DNA of 24,171 bases, from contig JAEOSZ010000057.1 in the NCBI GenBank assembly GCA_016840095.1, forward strand, positions 1 to 24,171, read 5' to 3'. This document shows, one piece after another, positions 9,764 to 18,331 of this stretch. The notes beneath the pieces were generated by a model. That model did no database searches and had not been told where the DNA came from. It saw nothing but the letters and a program-made list of their open reading frames with translations. The DNA is from Candidatus Heimdallarchaeota archaeon (GTDB lineage: Archaea > Asgardarchaeota > Heimdallarchaeia > Heimdallarchaeales > Heimdallarchaeaceae). The position numbers and the translations under genes are program-made. Position 1 is the stretch's first letter. Every line of letters begins with the position of its first letter.

Positions 9764-10192
9764 TCACTCATCCACAATTTTTTTTCTCTCTCTTTCATCT
9801 AGATAGATCAGATCATGTTTTCTTTTTAATTTCTGAAATTGAGAACTATTTAAACCTTCAATACAGGTGATATGAAATCTCTGCATTTTAATCCAAAAAC
9901 CAGTGTTCACTTTATATCCAAACTGCCGAAATTCGTTTTTGAGTTTCATAACGTACTCACGTCCTTGAGGGTCTGCATCTAGAAGTAAGATTATTTGAAT
10001 ACCTTTTGGATACTTTTCCATTATGTAATCAATAAACTCGAACCAAGGATGAGTTAGTAATTCGATAGGAGATTTGATATGCCAAAACTCAAGTGCTATT
10101 TGATCATTTTTCCCTTCAACAATTATAACAGATTTTGCTACATCTCTTAAGTTTATAATAAACTGGAAAAAATCTTCATCTTGATATGACAT
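9764..10192 (-). CDS. Stand-alone TOPRIM-domain protein (small primase-like / RNase M5-like)
   Basis: IIVEGKND and ILLLDADPQG (DxD) motifs plus C-terminal CIEGL in 142 aa. Confidence 0.85.
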   Translation of the reverse strand: MSYQDEDFFQFIINLRDVAKSVIIVEGKNDQIALEFWHIKSPIELLTHPWFEFIDYIMEKYPKGIQIILLLDADPQGREYVMKLKNEFRQFGYKVNTGFWIKMQRFHITCIEGLNSSQFQKLKRKHDLIYLDERERKKIVDE

Positions 10193-10263
10193 AGGCTTAG
10201 TTCTTATTCTTAGTGAATAAATAAATCAATTGTGATAGTAAAGAAAAAAAGAAGGGAGAGTTG

Positions 10264-11010
10264 TTATTTTAGTGCTTCATCAGCTTTTCCTTGGAAAATC
10301 TTCCAAAGTTTCATCTTTCCAGCTTCACCTGACTTAATCTTTCTGAAGTTTTCCCCTTGTCGGGATAGAACAACTAGAGTAATGGCTACCATTGTTGCAA
10401 AAGCTACCCAACCAAATACATCGTTTACTGGACTTGCATTCAAATCCACATGCATGTTCGCAGGAGAAATCCAATCCCAAATATACGTTCCCCAAAAGAT
10501 GAAGATGACACCTAGTACAACAAAGCTCACAAGATAAGTTATAGCACTATACATAATAGCAGATCCAAGAACAAAGAAAAGCACTAACCATACTGGTAAG
10601 AATATAGGATTGAAGAATATCATAGAACCCAATGTAGTTGCAACACCTTTTCCTCCTGGTCCCCATAACCAAATAGGCCAATTATGTCCTAAAATAGCTG
10701 CTGGACCTGCAAATGCAACCACCCAAGGATCACTATTGCTAAATGTAAATGAAATATATACACATAGCCACATTGCAAAAAATCCTTTTAGTATATCCAT
10801 TATTGCTTCTATTAGACCAACTGTATAAGCTAATCCTTTTGATTTACCTTGTGCTTGAAATGCTCGAATAACATTTCTTCCACCAACATTTTTTGAACCT
10901 ACAGTTCGAATGTCAATTCTTAACCATAGTTTAACTATAATCCATGCAAATGGAATTGATCCTAGAAGGTATCCTATTCCAAGTGCCCATAAAACATCTA
11001 TTGATACCAT
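10264..11010 (-). CDS. plsY: PlsY-family glycerol-3-phosphate acyltransferase homologue with a divergent active site
   Basis: GYLLGSIPF, DIRTVGSKNVGGRNVIR, DILKG, GHNWPIW, GGKGVAT and C-terminal RQGENFRKI; multi-TM. Confidence 0.88.
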   Translation of the reverse strand: MVSIDVLWALGIGYLLGSIPFAWIIVKLWLRIDIRTVGSKNVGGRNVIRAFQAQGKSKGLAYTVGLIEAIMDILKGFFAMWLCVYISFTFSNSDPWVVAFAGPAAILGHNWPIWLWGPGGKGVATTLGSMIFFNPIFLPVWLVLFFVLGSAIMYSAITYLVSFVVLGVIFIFWGTYIWDWISPANMHVDLNASPVNDVFGWVAFATMVAITLVVLSRQGENFRKIKSGEAGKMKLWKIFQGKADEALK

Positions 11011-11032
11011 ATCAGAATCTCTTCTGAACTTC

Positions 11033-11046
11033 TTTAAAAACTTTGT
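11033..11046 (-). promoter_or_regulatory. Putative BRE/TATA promoter of plsY
   Basis: Minus strand ACAAAG-TTTTTAAA, TATA element 23-30 nt upstream of the ATG at 11010. Confidence 0.5.
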
Positions 11047-11144
11047 TCGACTAAAGGAATCAATGAAGAGAGATGCTTTAATCAGTTGTTCTGTTATTAA
11101 CCACTAACTTGAAATATATTTTCATGAAGAAATCTTGATTAACT

Positions 11145-12329
11145 ATGATTCGAGAGCTCAAAGATAAAGAAGAATTACTCAAAGCTGTGGATTTAGCGGT
11201 TCTTTGCTTTCATGAGCAAATTTATGATGAGAAAAGAGCACTTACAGAAGCACAAGAGTTAGAAATATTTGGGTATTATAGAGACACTAATTTATTAGCT
11301 ACTGCAGGTTCTTATAAATTTAATATGTTCATCAGAGATAATCTCTATGACTGTGCAGGAATAGCATACGTTATGACTCATCCAGCTGAGAGAAGAAGAG
11401 GTTATGTTAAGGAATTAATGCATAAAATAATTATTGATAGAAAGAATCAAGGTTTTCCGATTGCAGCTCTTTGGCCTTTCGATCACGATTTTTATCAGAA
11501 ATTTGGTTTTGCAAGTGCAGAAAAATCTATCAACTATGTCTTTAAACCTGGAGATATCAAATCTAAATTCAAATTGGATGAGAATATCAAAGTAGCAGAT
11601 ATAACCGAAAAGAAAGATTACTTACCTCTGAAACAAATTGCTGAAAATGTATCAAATAGGTATACAAGGGTTATTGGTGATAAAGATGCATGGGCACTTA
11701 GAGGTTGGCTAGCTGGTAAATTCAAGATATATTTACTAGAAAGAAATGATATTCCAATTGCTTATGTTTCATTGAAATTCGTTAAGAAAGGAGAATGGGA
11801 TCACAACATTTCCGTAATGGATTTTTCTTACATTGATATCCAAGCAAAATATAGTCTTTTAGGATTCTTAAGAAATTTTTCAGCAGATATCAGTAAAATC
11901 TCCATGTCATTACCAATTCAAGAGGAAATTGAAAGTTATCTGGATGGTGTTAAAGATGATCATAAGTTCAATCAATGGCCATCAATGATCAGAATTCTAG
12001 ATATAAAGAAATGTTTCGAACAAGTTGATTATCATCCATCGATAAATGAAGAACTAATTTTTCAAGTAGAAGACAAGATTCTATCTGAAAATACCGGAAT
12101 ATGGAAATTACAGATTTCAAATGAAAAATGTAATGTTTCAAAAATAGACAAAGAAGAAATCATCAAGGAAGAAATTCTTGAATTAACTATCAATCAATTA
12201 TCTCAAATTCTAATAGGATATTCCAGCATTGAGAAACTTCTAGAATCTGAAATCAAGGACATTCCAGAAAAATGGAAATTAAAGGAACTATTTCCAGAAA
12301 TGCCATGTTCATCCATGGTCTGGTTCTGA
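11145..12329 (+). CDS. Eis-like tandem GNAT acetyltransferase with C-terminal SCP2-like domain
   Basis: VMTHPAERRRGY acetyl-CoA motif, LWPFDHDFYQKFGF, MIRILD, VEDKILSENTGIW, terminal Phe, 394 aa. Confidence 0.85.
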   Translation: MIRELKDKEELLKAVDLAVLCFHEQIYDEKRALTEAQELEIFGYYRDTNLLATAGSYKFNMFIRDNLYDCAGIAYVMTHPAERRRGYVKELMHKIIIDRKNQGFPIAALWPFDHDFYQKFGFASAEKSINYVFKPGDIKSKFKLDENIKVADITEKKDYLPLKQIAENVSNRYTRVIGDKDAWALRGWLAGKFKIYLLERNDIPIAYVSLKFVKKGEWDHNISVMDFSYIDIQAKYSLLGFLRNFSADISKISMSLPIQEEIESYLDGVKDDHKFNQWPSMIRILDIKKCFEQVDYHPSINEELIFQVEDKILSENTGIWKLQISNEKCNVSKIDKEEIIKEEILELTINQLSQILIGYSSIEKLLESEIKDIPEKWKLKELFPEMPCSSMVWF

Positions 12330-12404
12330 ATTTTATCTGATATCTACCTCATCTTTTTAAATTCTTAATTGTATACTTTATTTTTGTTTGTAATTCCTTA
12401 AGTC

Positions 12405-14905
12405 TTTTAAGGTGGGTAAAATAAGCTAATTTGAATGAGAATAAGGTGGAATGGAGATAAGATTTTTGCATCTATATTAGCTATAGGCTTCTTATCTCTA
12501 GTAATTGTTTTTCCAGCTATTGTGACTAGAGAGACAGCTAAAAACTATGAAATATTCTCAGATCAAGATTTTGAAAAGTATAGGTTTGAAGGGGAAGGAA
12601 CTGAACACAATCCGTATGTAATAGAAAATCTCAGTATTTTGTATGCGAAGAAAAGAGCAATTATTATAGAAAACACTACTAGTTACTTTATTATAAGAAA
12701 TAACACAATAAAATTTAATGCGTTCAATGCAATTTCTATAAAATCAATTGCTCCAGGAACGGCAAAAATCTATAATAACACTTGTGTAGGGCACTCAACA
12801 GAAGGAATAAAAATCGTTTCGAGTGATTTTGTGGAGATCACTAACAACACTTGGCTAGATAACAAGATTGGAATAGGTATCTATGATTCAAACAACTGTA
12901 CAGTAGAGTATAATCAACTCCTAAGAACAATTCCTTTTTCAGAAAAAGCACCTATTTATAGTGTTGGTTTACTTTTATTAAACTCAAATTTCACATCTAT
13001 AATGAATAATTACTTCTTATATCCTGCTACTGGAATAGATTTAGAAAATAGTAACTATTGTATGATGAATAACAATAATATAGTTAGATCTTTCACCAAT
13101 GGAATCTTTATGAAATTCAGTTCTTTCTGTATAGTAAATAATACTATCATGCACCAAATTAGACATAATGGAATTAATTTGAGATATGCTCATCATAATG
13201 TACTTGAAAATTCAAGATCAAGTGAAAATACTCAAGGAATTGTCTTGCATCATAGTAACCAAAATCAACTTTCCTTCAATCAAATAATACAGAATGAAAT
13301 TGGGATACTAGTAACTGAGAGTAGCAGTGAAAATATATTTGAATTGAATGAGATAATTAACAATCTATATGATGGGTTTAAAATTGTATCAGGAAGTTTT
13401 AACAAAATTCATCATAATGATTTCTATTATAATAACTTAGCATATGTAATTCAGGCAAGTGATAGTGGAATCGACAACTTGTGGTATGATAATGTAACTT
13501 CAGAAGGCAACTACTGGAGTAGCTGGAATTCTTCTCTTCCTTATGAACTTCTAGGGAGTGCAAATAATACTGACCCCTTCCCTTTGAGTGATCCAGTTTC
13601 CCTTGTCTTCAAACAATCCTTATTAGTTTCTCACTTACAACTATTGACTTCTTCTTCAAGTGTTTATCTTTTATGTTGCCAATCATTAAGATTTTTAAGG
13701 GCTTCAAAAATCATCTAATTGAATGAGAGTAAGGATAGATGGAGACAAGATTTTTGCAATTATACTAGCCGTAGGTTTCCTATTTCTCACTATAGTTCTC
13801 CCTATGGTTTTGACTAGAGATCAAGTTAAAACCTATGAAATATTCTCAGATCAAGATTTCAAAAAATATAGGTTTGAAGGGGAAGGAACTGAGCAAAATC
13901 CGTTTTTAATCGAAAATCTAAGCATTGTTAACGGGATGAAAAGAGCGATTAACATTTCAAACACAAACAGCTACTTCATCATAAGAAATAACTTCTTATC
14001 ATATAATTTACTTTCTGCAATTTCCATAAAATCTATAGCTCCAGGAACGGCAAAAATCTATAATAACACTTGTATAGGGCACTCAACTGAAGGAATAAAA
14101 ATTGTTTCGAGTGATTTTGTGGAGATTACGAATAACACTTGTTTAGATAACAAAATTGGAATAGGTATTTATGATTCAAATAATTGCACAGTAGAGAATA
14201 ATCAGCTACTAAAATCACAACCTGTATCAGAACAAGAACCTAGTTCTAGTAGTGGTTTAATCATAGAAAAATCTAATTCGACATCCATAACAAACAATTA
14301 CATCAGAAATCCTGCTACCGGAATAGAGATAGAGAACAGTAACAATTGTATAATGGTCAATAATGATGTTACTAGAACATTCACCAATGGAATTATTATG
14401 AGATCTAGTTCTTATTGTACTTTACAAAATTCTGTTTCAGAAAGAAGTAAATATAATGGTATTAATTTGTATGATGCTCATTTCAATATACTCGAAAATT
14501 GTATAGCCAGTGATAATTTACAAGGAATAACCTTGCATAGTAGTAGCTTCAATCAGCTTTCTTTCAATCAATTAATAGATAATGTAATTGGGATACAATT
14601 ATCTGAGAGTAGTAATGGAAATATCATTACAATGAATGAATTATTGAATAATACTGAGGAAGGAGTAAATATTCTATCGGGGAGTAACAGCATTATTCAT
14701 CATAATTCTTTCTATGGCAATAATGAAGGTGAAACATCTCAAGCAAGAGATGATGGAATCGACAACTTGTGGTATGAAGATGTAACTTCAGAAGGCAACT
14801 ACTGGAGTAGTTGGAATTCTTCTTTACCATATGAACTTCTAGGGAGTGCAAACAATACTGATCCCTTCCCTTTGAGTGATCCAATTTTTCTTTTGCTTAA
14901 ACAAT
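12405..14905 (+). repeat. Tandem duplication with a 1288-bp period (promoter plus gene)
   Basis: Anchors 12405/13693 (TTTTAAGG), 12435/13723 (ATG), 12729/14017, 13467/14755 and 13611/14899 (AAACAAT) are all offset by 1288 nt. Confidence 0.9.
12435..13718 (+). CDS. Membrane-anchored right-handed parallel beta-helix (NosD/CASH-like) surface protein, copy 1
   Basis: N-terminal TM, GEGTEHNPYVIENL cap, repeated GIxLxxSxNxxIxNN coils, GNYWSSW...DPFPL end cap, many N-x-S/T sequons. Confidence 0.88.
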   Translation: MRIRWNGDKIFASILAIGFLSLVIVFPAIVTRETAKNYEIFSDQDFEKYRFEGEGTEHNPYVIENLSILYAKKRAIIIENTTSYFIIRNNTIKFNAFNAISIKSIAPGTAKIYNNTCVGHSTEGIKIVSSDFVEITNNTWLDNKIGIGIYDSNNCTVEYNQLLRTIPFSEKAPIYSVGLLLLNSNFTSIMNNYFLYPATGIDLENSNYCMMNNNNIVRSFTNGIFMKFSSFCIVNNTIMHQIRHNGINLRYAHHNVLENSRSSENTQGIVLHHSNQNQLSFNQIIQNEIGILVTESSSENIFELNEIINNLYDGFKIVSGSFNKIHHNDFYYNNLAYVIQASDSGIDNLWYDNVTSEGNYWSSWNSSLPYELLGSANNTDPFPLSDPVSLVFKQSLLVSHLQLLTSSSSVYLLCCQSLRFLRASKII

Positions 14906-14961
14906 ATTCTGTGTTTTCTTTTATACCTATAGTTGAACACTTCTTCTTTCTCTGTATCTAA
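13723..14961 (+). CDS. Membrane-anchored right-handed parallel beta-helix (NosD/CASH-like) surface protein, copy 2
   Basis: Collinear paralogue of 12435..13718 with the same motifs. Confidence 0.88.
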   Translation: MRVRIDGDKIFAIILAVGFLFLTIVLPMVLTRDQVKTYEIFSDQDFKKYRFEGEGTEQNPFLIENLSIVNGMKRAINISNTNSYFIIRNNFLSYNLLSAISIKSIAPGTAKIYNNTCIGHSTEGIKIVSSDFVEITNNTCLDNKIGIGIYDSNNCTVENNQLLKSQPVSEQEPSSSSGLIIEKSNSTSITNNYIRNPATGIEIENSNNCIMVNNDVTRTFTNGIIMRSSSYCTLQNSVSERSKYNGINLYDAHFNILENCIASDNLQGITLHSSSFNQLSFNQLIDNVIGIQLSESSNGNIITMNELLNNTEEGVNILSGSNSIIHHNSFYGNNEGETSQARDDGIDNLWYEDVTSEGNYWSSWNSSLPYELLGSANNTDPFPLSDPIFLLLKQYSVFSFIPIVEHFFFLCI

Positions 14962-15037
14962 AGTGACTCAACTAACTTTAGACAATACCTATGCAGTAAT
15001 AATGTAAATCGCATCAACTGAGAAAACAGAAAGATAG

Positions 15038-15052
15038 GGAAAAGTTATAAAA
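15038..15052 (+). promoter_or_regulatory. Putative BRE/TATA promoter of the sulfotransferase gene
   Basis: GGAAAAG-TTATAAAA, TATA element 24-31 nt upstream of the ATG at 15076. Confidence 0.55.
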
Positions 15053-15075
15053 ATTCAAGTAAGCGATATTATTTA

Positions 15076-16662
15076 ATGACACATTTCTGTTCGTCAAAGA
15101 CTATGAATTGTTTTTTTATGTCAATTATCACTTTTCTAATCTTCTTTTCATCACTTAGTTCAAATGTTGTAATATCAAATCATTTCCAAAAACAAGGTCA
15201 AATCATCACTTCCAATGGTTCTGAAAGATTTGAGGGCTTCAATCTATACGTTTTAGAGAGTAAAGCATTATCTAATTTCGAAGTATTAAATCGTACTTTA
15301 TTAGTCACTGATTTAGATGGCAAAATATATTTTAGTAGAGATGTTGGAATAACAGATTCTCTTGATACTAGACCAATTGAAATAATTAACTCAAATACTG
15401 TTCTCTATGGAACTGACTTGAAATCTTATCTTTGGAATATCGAAACTAATGAAACTACAGAGTTAAATTTTTGGTCTCACCACGATACAGAATACAATTA
15501 TGCTAATGAAACCTTTTTCACGCTTAAAAATTATGATATTGTATTTGATGAAAGATCATACAGATTTGAATACATCAACGAATATAATGAAGATGGAGAC
15601 CTTATTTGGTTTTTGGATACTAGAAGTTTTATTAACTACTCGCAGTGGTGTCCATTTGAAGATTCATCTCCTCCTTTTGACCAATATGGAGGAGTTAGAA
15701 ATATAGTTCATGCAAACGCAGTTTTTTATGACGAATCAACAGATATGATATATCTTAATTGTAGAAATGTTAATACTTTCTATAAAATCAGTCATGAAAC
15801 AAAAGAAGTCTTATGGGGATTAGGGGAATATGGAAATTTCACTTTGTTTGATATTCAGGGAAATGAGCAAGAACATCTTTTTTTCCATCCTCATGCTTTG
15901 GAAAAAATAAATGATAAGCAATTCCTCCTATTTGATAATGATTACCATAATCAAACAGATGCTACAAACATGATCTCGAGGTTAATAGAAATTACAATCG
16001 ATGAAGATAAAATGTTTGCAAATATCACACGAGAATGGAATTCTCCAAGTGATTACTTTAGCTTTAGTTATGGAGATTGTGACTTACTTCCCAATAATAA
16101 CTTGTTAGGGGTTTTTGGTACTTATACTCACCCAGAAAGTGACTTTGGAGCAATTATTTCTGAGATTGATATGAATGGAGATATTCAATGGGAGATTGCT
16201 TATCCAAATACTGGAGAGGTATCTTTTGATGTTTTCAAAGTTGAGAGATTAAGATTCGCTCCAGTTGTTTCATCTCCTATACTTGTAGATGAAGGCAATG
16301 GTACTATCTATTTTGAATGGGAGGTCTGGTATAATTTTAGATCTAAAACAAATTTTGTTGGTCAGTATTATATTACTCTAGAAAATCAAACTGTTCAAGA
16401 AGGAGATATTGAATTTCCTCGTTTTTGGCAACCAATCAAGGTGAGATATTACTTGGATGAACCTCCTGAAGGAGAAATAAATATTTCTTTAGCTGTTTCT
16501 GATGAAGAAGGACATTTATCAAATGAATCAGCCTTCATAAATGATCCTGATTCAACTAATCTGTTTAAAAGGAATCTAATTATCGGATTAAGCACTGGAG
16601 GTTTTACTTTAGGAGTAGTAGTAGTTGCTATATGGATAAAATATGTGAAAAAGAAACCATGA
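15076..16662 (+). CDS. Arylsulfate sulfotransferase (ASST)-family protein, exported, with C-terminal TM anchor
   Basis: SHHD, VHANAV, LNCRN, FHPHA, LLFDN, GDCDLLPNNN in ASST order; hydrophobic N-terminus; C-terminal TM followed by KYVKKKP. Confidence 0.82.
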   Translation: MTHFCSSKTMNCFFMSIITFLIFFSSLSSNVVISNHFQKQGQIITSNGSERFEGFNLYVLESKALSNFEVLNRTLLVTDLDGKIYFSRDVGITDSLDTRPIEIINSNTVLYGTDLKSYLWNIETNETTELNFWSHHDTEYNYANETFFTLKNYDIVFDERSYRFEYINEYNEDGDLIWFLDTRSFINYSQWCPFEDSSPPFDQYGGVRNIVHANAVFYDESTDMIYLNCRNVNTFYKISHETKEVLWGLGEYGNFTLFDIQGNEQEHLFFHPHALEKINDKQFLLFDNDYHNQTDATNMISRLIEITIDEDKMFANITREWNSPSDYFSFSYGDCDLLPNNNLLGVFGTYTHPESDFGAIISEIDMNGDIQWEIAYPNTGEVSFDVFKVERLRFAPVVSSPILVDEGNGTIYFEWEVWYNFRSKTNFVGQYYITLENQTVQEGDIEFPRFWQPIKVRYYLDEPPEGEINISLAVSDEEGHLSNESAFINDPDSTNLFKRNLIIGLSTGGFTLGVVVVAIWIKYVKKKP

Positions 16663-16723
16663 TTAATTTCGATGAAATAAAATTAATAGAGAAAACAAAA
16701 GAAAAAGAAGAAATTTGATCTAT

Positions 16724-18154
16724 CTAATCTTCTTTGATTTCAATAGTCTTCTTACGCATAAGATATCTTTCATATTCAAAAGTCATTTCGCCACTACTTA
16801 GTTTAGTAAAATTTACATCCATATTGCCATAAGGAGTGATACAATAGAATTCCATAACTTTAGGATTTTTAGATTTTGGTATTATTGGATGTGATAATCT
16901 TCCATCCCAGAAATCTCCTTCAAGATAAAGGAGACCATTGCGTTCTTGGACATCAATTGTGAGAATTTTCTTGAAAGCCTCATATCTTCCACATAAATCA
17001 TTGTAATGCTTTCTTCTGATATAATATGGCATAACTTCCTTTGGTTCCTTTCCCATTAATAGAATAAAAGCCAAATGTTTTAGGATTCGAGGTAAGTAAG
17101 AAACATTATACAACTGAGCAAAAGTGATATTTAGTTCTGGCATATACCCAATCAAACCACCTGTAACTCCTGAGACACCTCTATGCGCTATCAAAGTATT
17201 TCCATGAAAATTCTCATAGACTCTCCACCCATAACCATAACCAAGTTTTACATCAGGAACATATTCATGGAAGGAATCGGTAATATTGGTATTATGAGGT
17301 TTTACCATCTCTTGAACAAGATCTTCAGATAATAATTTCTTACCTCTAAATTCCCCATTATTTAGAAAACATTGAAGATAATTAGTCATTTCTACTACAC
17401 TAGAAATCAACCCACCAGATCCAGCAGTAAAAGGACTAGAAAGCATATCTTGGGGATATCTATTAATTTGGTTTTCCTTCCAGATAAAGTTAAAACCCCG
17501 AGAATCATCCCCATCCTGTTCAGCTTCTTTATGTGAATAAGTACTTCTTTTCATATCCAATGGAAGTAATATGTTTTCCTTGACATATTCTTCATAGGGT
17601 TTACCACTCACTTTTTCGATAATTTGACTCAATAGTGCAAAAGCTCCATTCCAATAATAAAATTTGGTACCTGGAGGACTGATTACTTCATCTTTAGCTT
17701 CATTGATATGAAAGTAAAAATCATCCCAATTACCTAGAGGTATCATAGGTGTTTTACCAGGGTACAATTCCTGATTCATTTGTGCGAAGTAAAATGTATG
17801 TAATGCGGGAACTCCAGAAGAGTGACTCATTAGATGATGTGATGTGATTGGATTATCTTTGAATCCTATATCTACAGGAAGATAATCAGAAATTGGAGCA
17901 TGGATATCGAGTTTTCCAGCTTGAAATAGTTGCATAATCGCCAAGCTTGTGACTGACTTAGTTATTGAAGACGTACCATAAAGCGTATCAATAGTTGCAG
18001 GTTTAACATCTTTCTTCTTTCTCAAACCAAAAGCTCTTTGATATATTGTTTCACCATCCTTTGTTATTAAAAGCGACATTCCTGGAATTTTAGCATCCCT
18101 CATCAATTTGACAGTTTCATATTCAAATTCTCTTTTGAATCTTTCTAAATCCAT
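16724..18154 (-). CDS. Serine hydrolase of the beta-lactamase/penicillin-recognising family, Pab87 (CubicO)-like peptidase
   Basis: SITKS (SxxK), HHLMSHSSG, PGTKFYYWN (YxN), HRG triad, and a C-terminal beta domain ending FEYERY as I recall for Pyrococcus Pab87. ATG at 18154 (MDLERF) preferred to GTG at 18190 given the TATA at 18207-18214 and upstream GAAGTGAG. Confidence 0.87.
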   Translation of the reverse strand: MDLERFKREFEYETVKLMRDAKIPGMSLLITKDGETIYQRAFGLRKKKDVKPATIDTLYGTSSITKSVTSLAIMQLFQAGKLDIHAPISDYLPVDIGFKDNPITSHHLMSHSSGVPALHTFYFAQMNQELYPGKTPMIPLGNWDDFYFHINEAKDEVISPPGTKFYYWNGAFALLSQIIEKVSGKPYEEYVKENILLPLDMKRSTYSHKEAEQDGDDSRGFNFIWKENQINRYPQDMLSSPFTAGSGGLISSVVEMTNYLQCFLNNGEFRGKKLLSEDLVQEMVKPHNTNITDSFHEYVPDVKLGYGYGWRVYENFHGNTLIAHRGVSGVTGGLIGYMPELNITFAQLYNVSYLPRILKHLAFILLMGKEPKEVMPYYIRRKHYNDLCGRYEAFKKILTIDVQERNGLLYLEGDFWDGRLSHPIIPKSKNPKVMEFYCITPYGNMDVNFTKLSSGEMTFEYERYLMRKKTIEIKED

Positions 18155-18199
18155 ATATCTCACTTCTTTTGACTGTTCAACTATATGCACACACTAATT

Positions 18200-18260
18200 A
18201 CGTTTAGTTTATAACTGTTTTGCTAAACATAAATTTTTTTACCCGAAAATCTTATATAAT
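18200..18260. promoter_or_regulatory. Divergent promoter pair between the peptidase and the opp operon
   Basis: Minus strand AAAACAG-TTATAAAC (TATA 18207-18214); plus strand CGAAAAT-CTTATATA (TATA 18251-18258). Confidence 0.55.
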
Positions 18261-18331
18261 TTTGAAGTATTCTATATTTAATCTTTGAAATTTATATCGA
18301 AGATGAAAAAAATAATATGGAATGAAAAAAA

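Noticed and set aside
9764-10192. TOPRIM gene as part of an OLD/Gabija-type defence system
   Set aside because: No partner ATPase, helicase or nuclease nearby; size and motifs fit the stand-alone small TOPRIM family.
12435-14961. Near-identical blocks in the beta-helix genes as a diversity-generating retroelement TR/VR pair
   Set aside because: No reverse transcriptase in the window; differences are mostly third-position and not adenine-specific; both copies are full genes.
11145-18154. Eis-like acetyltransferase and beta-lactamase-fold gene as an antibiotic resistance island
   Set aside because: Both families are broad with housekeeping roles; the hydrolase has no signal peptide and is Pab87-like; no mobility genes are present.
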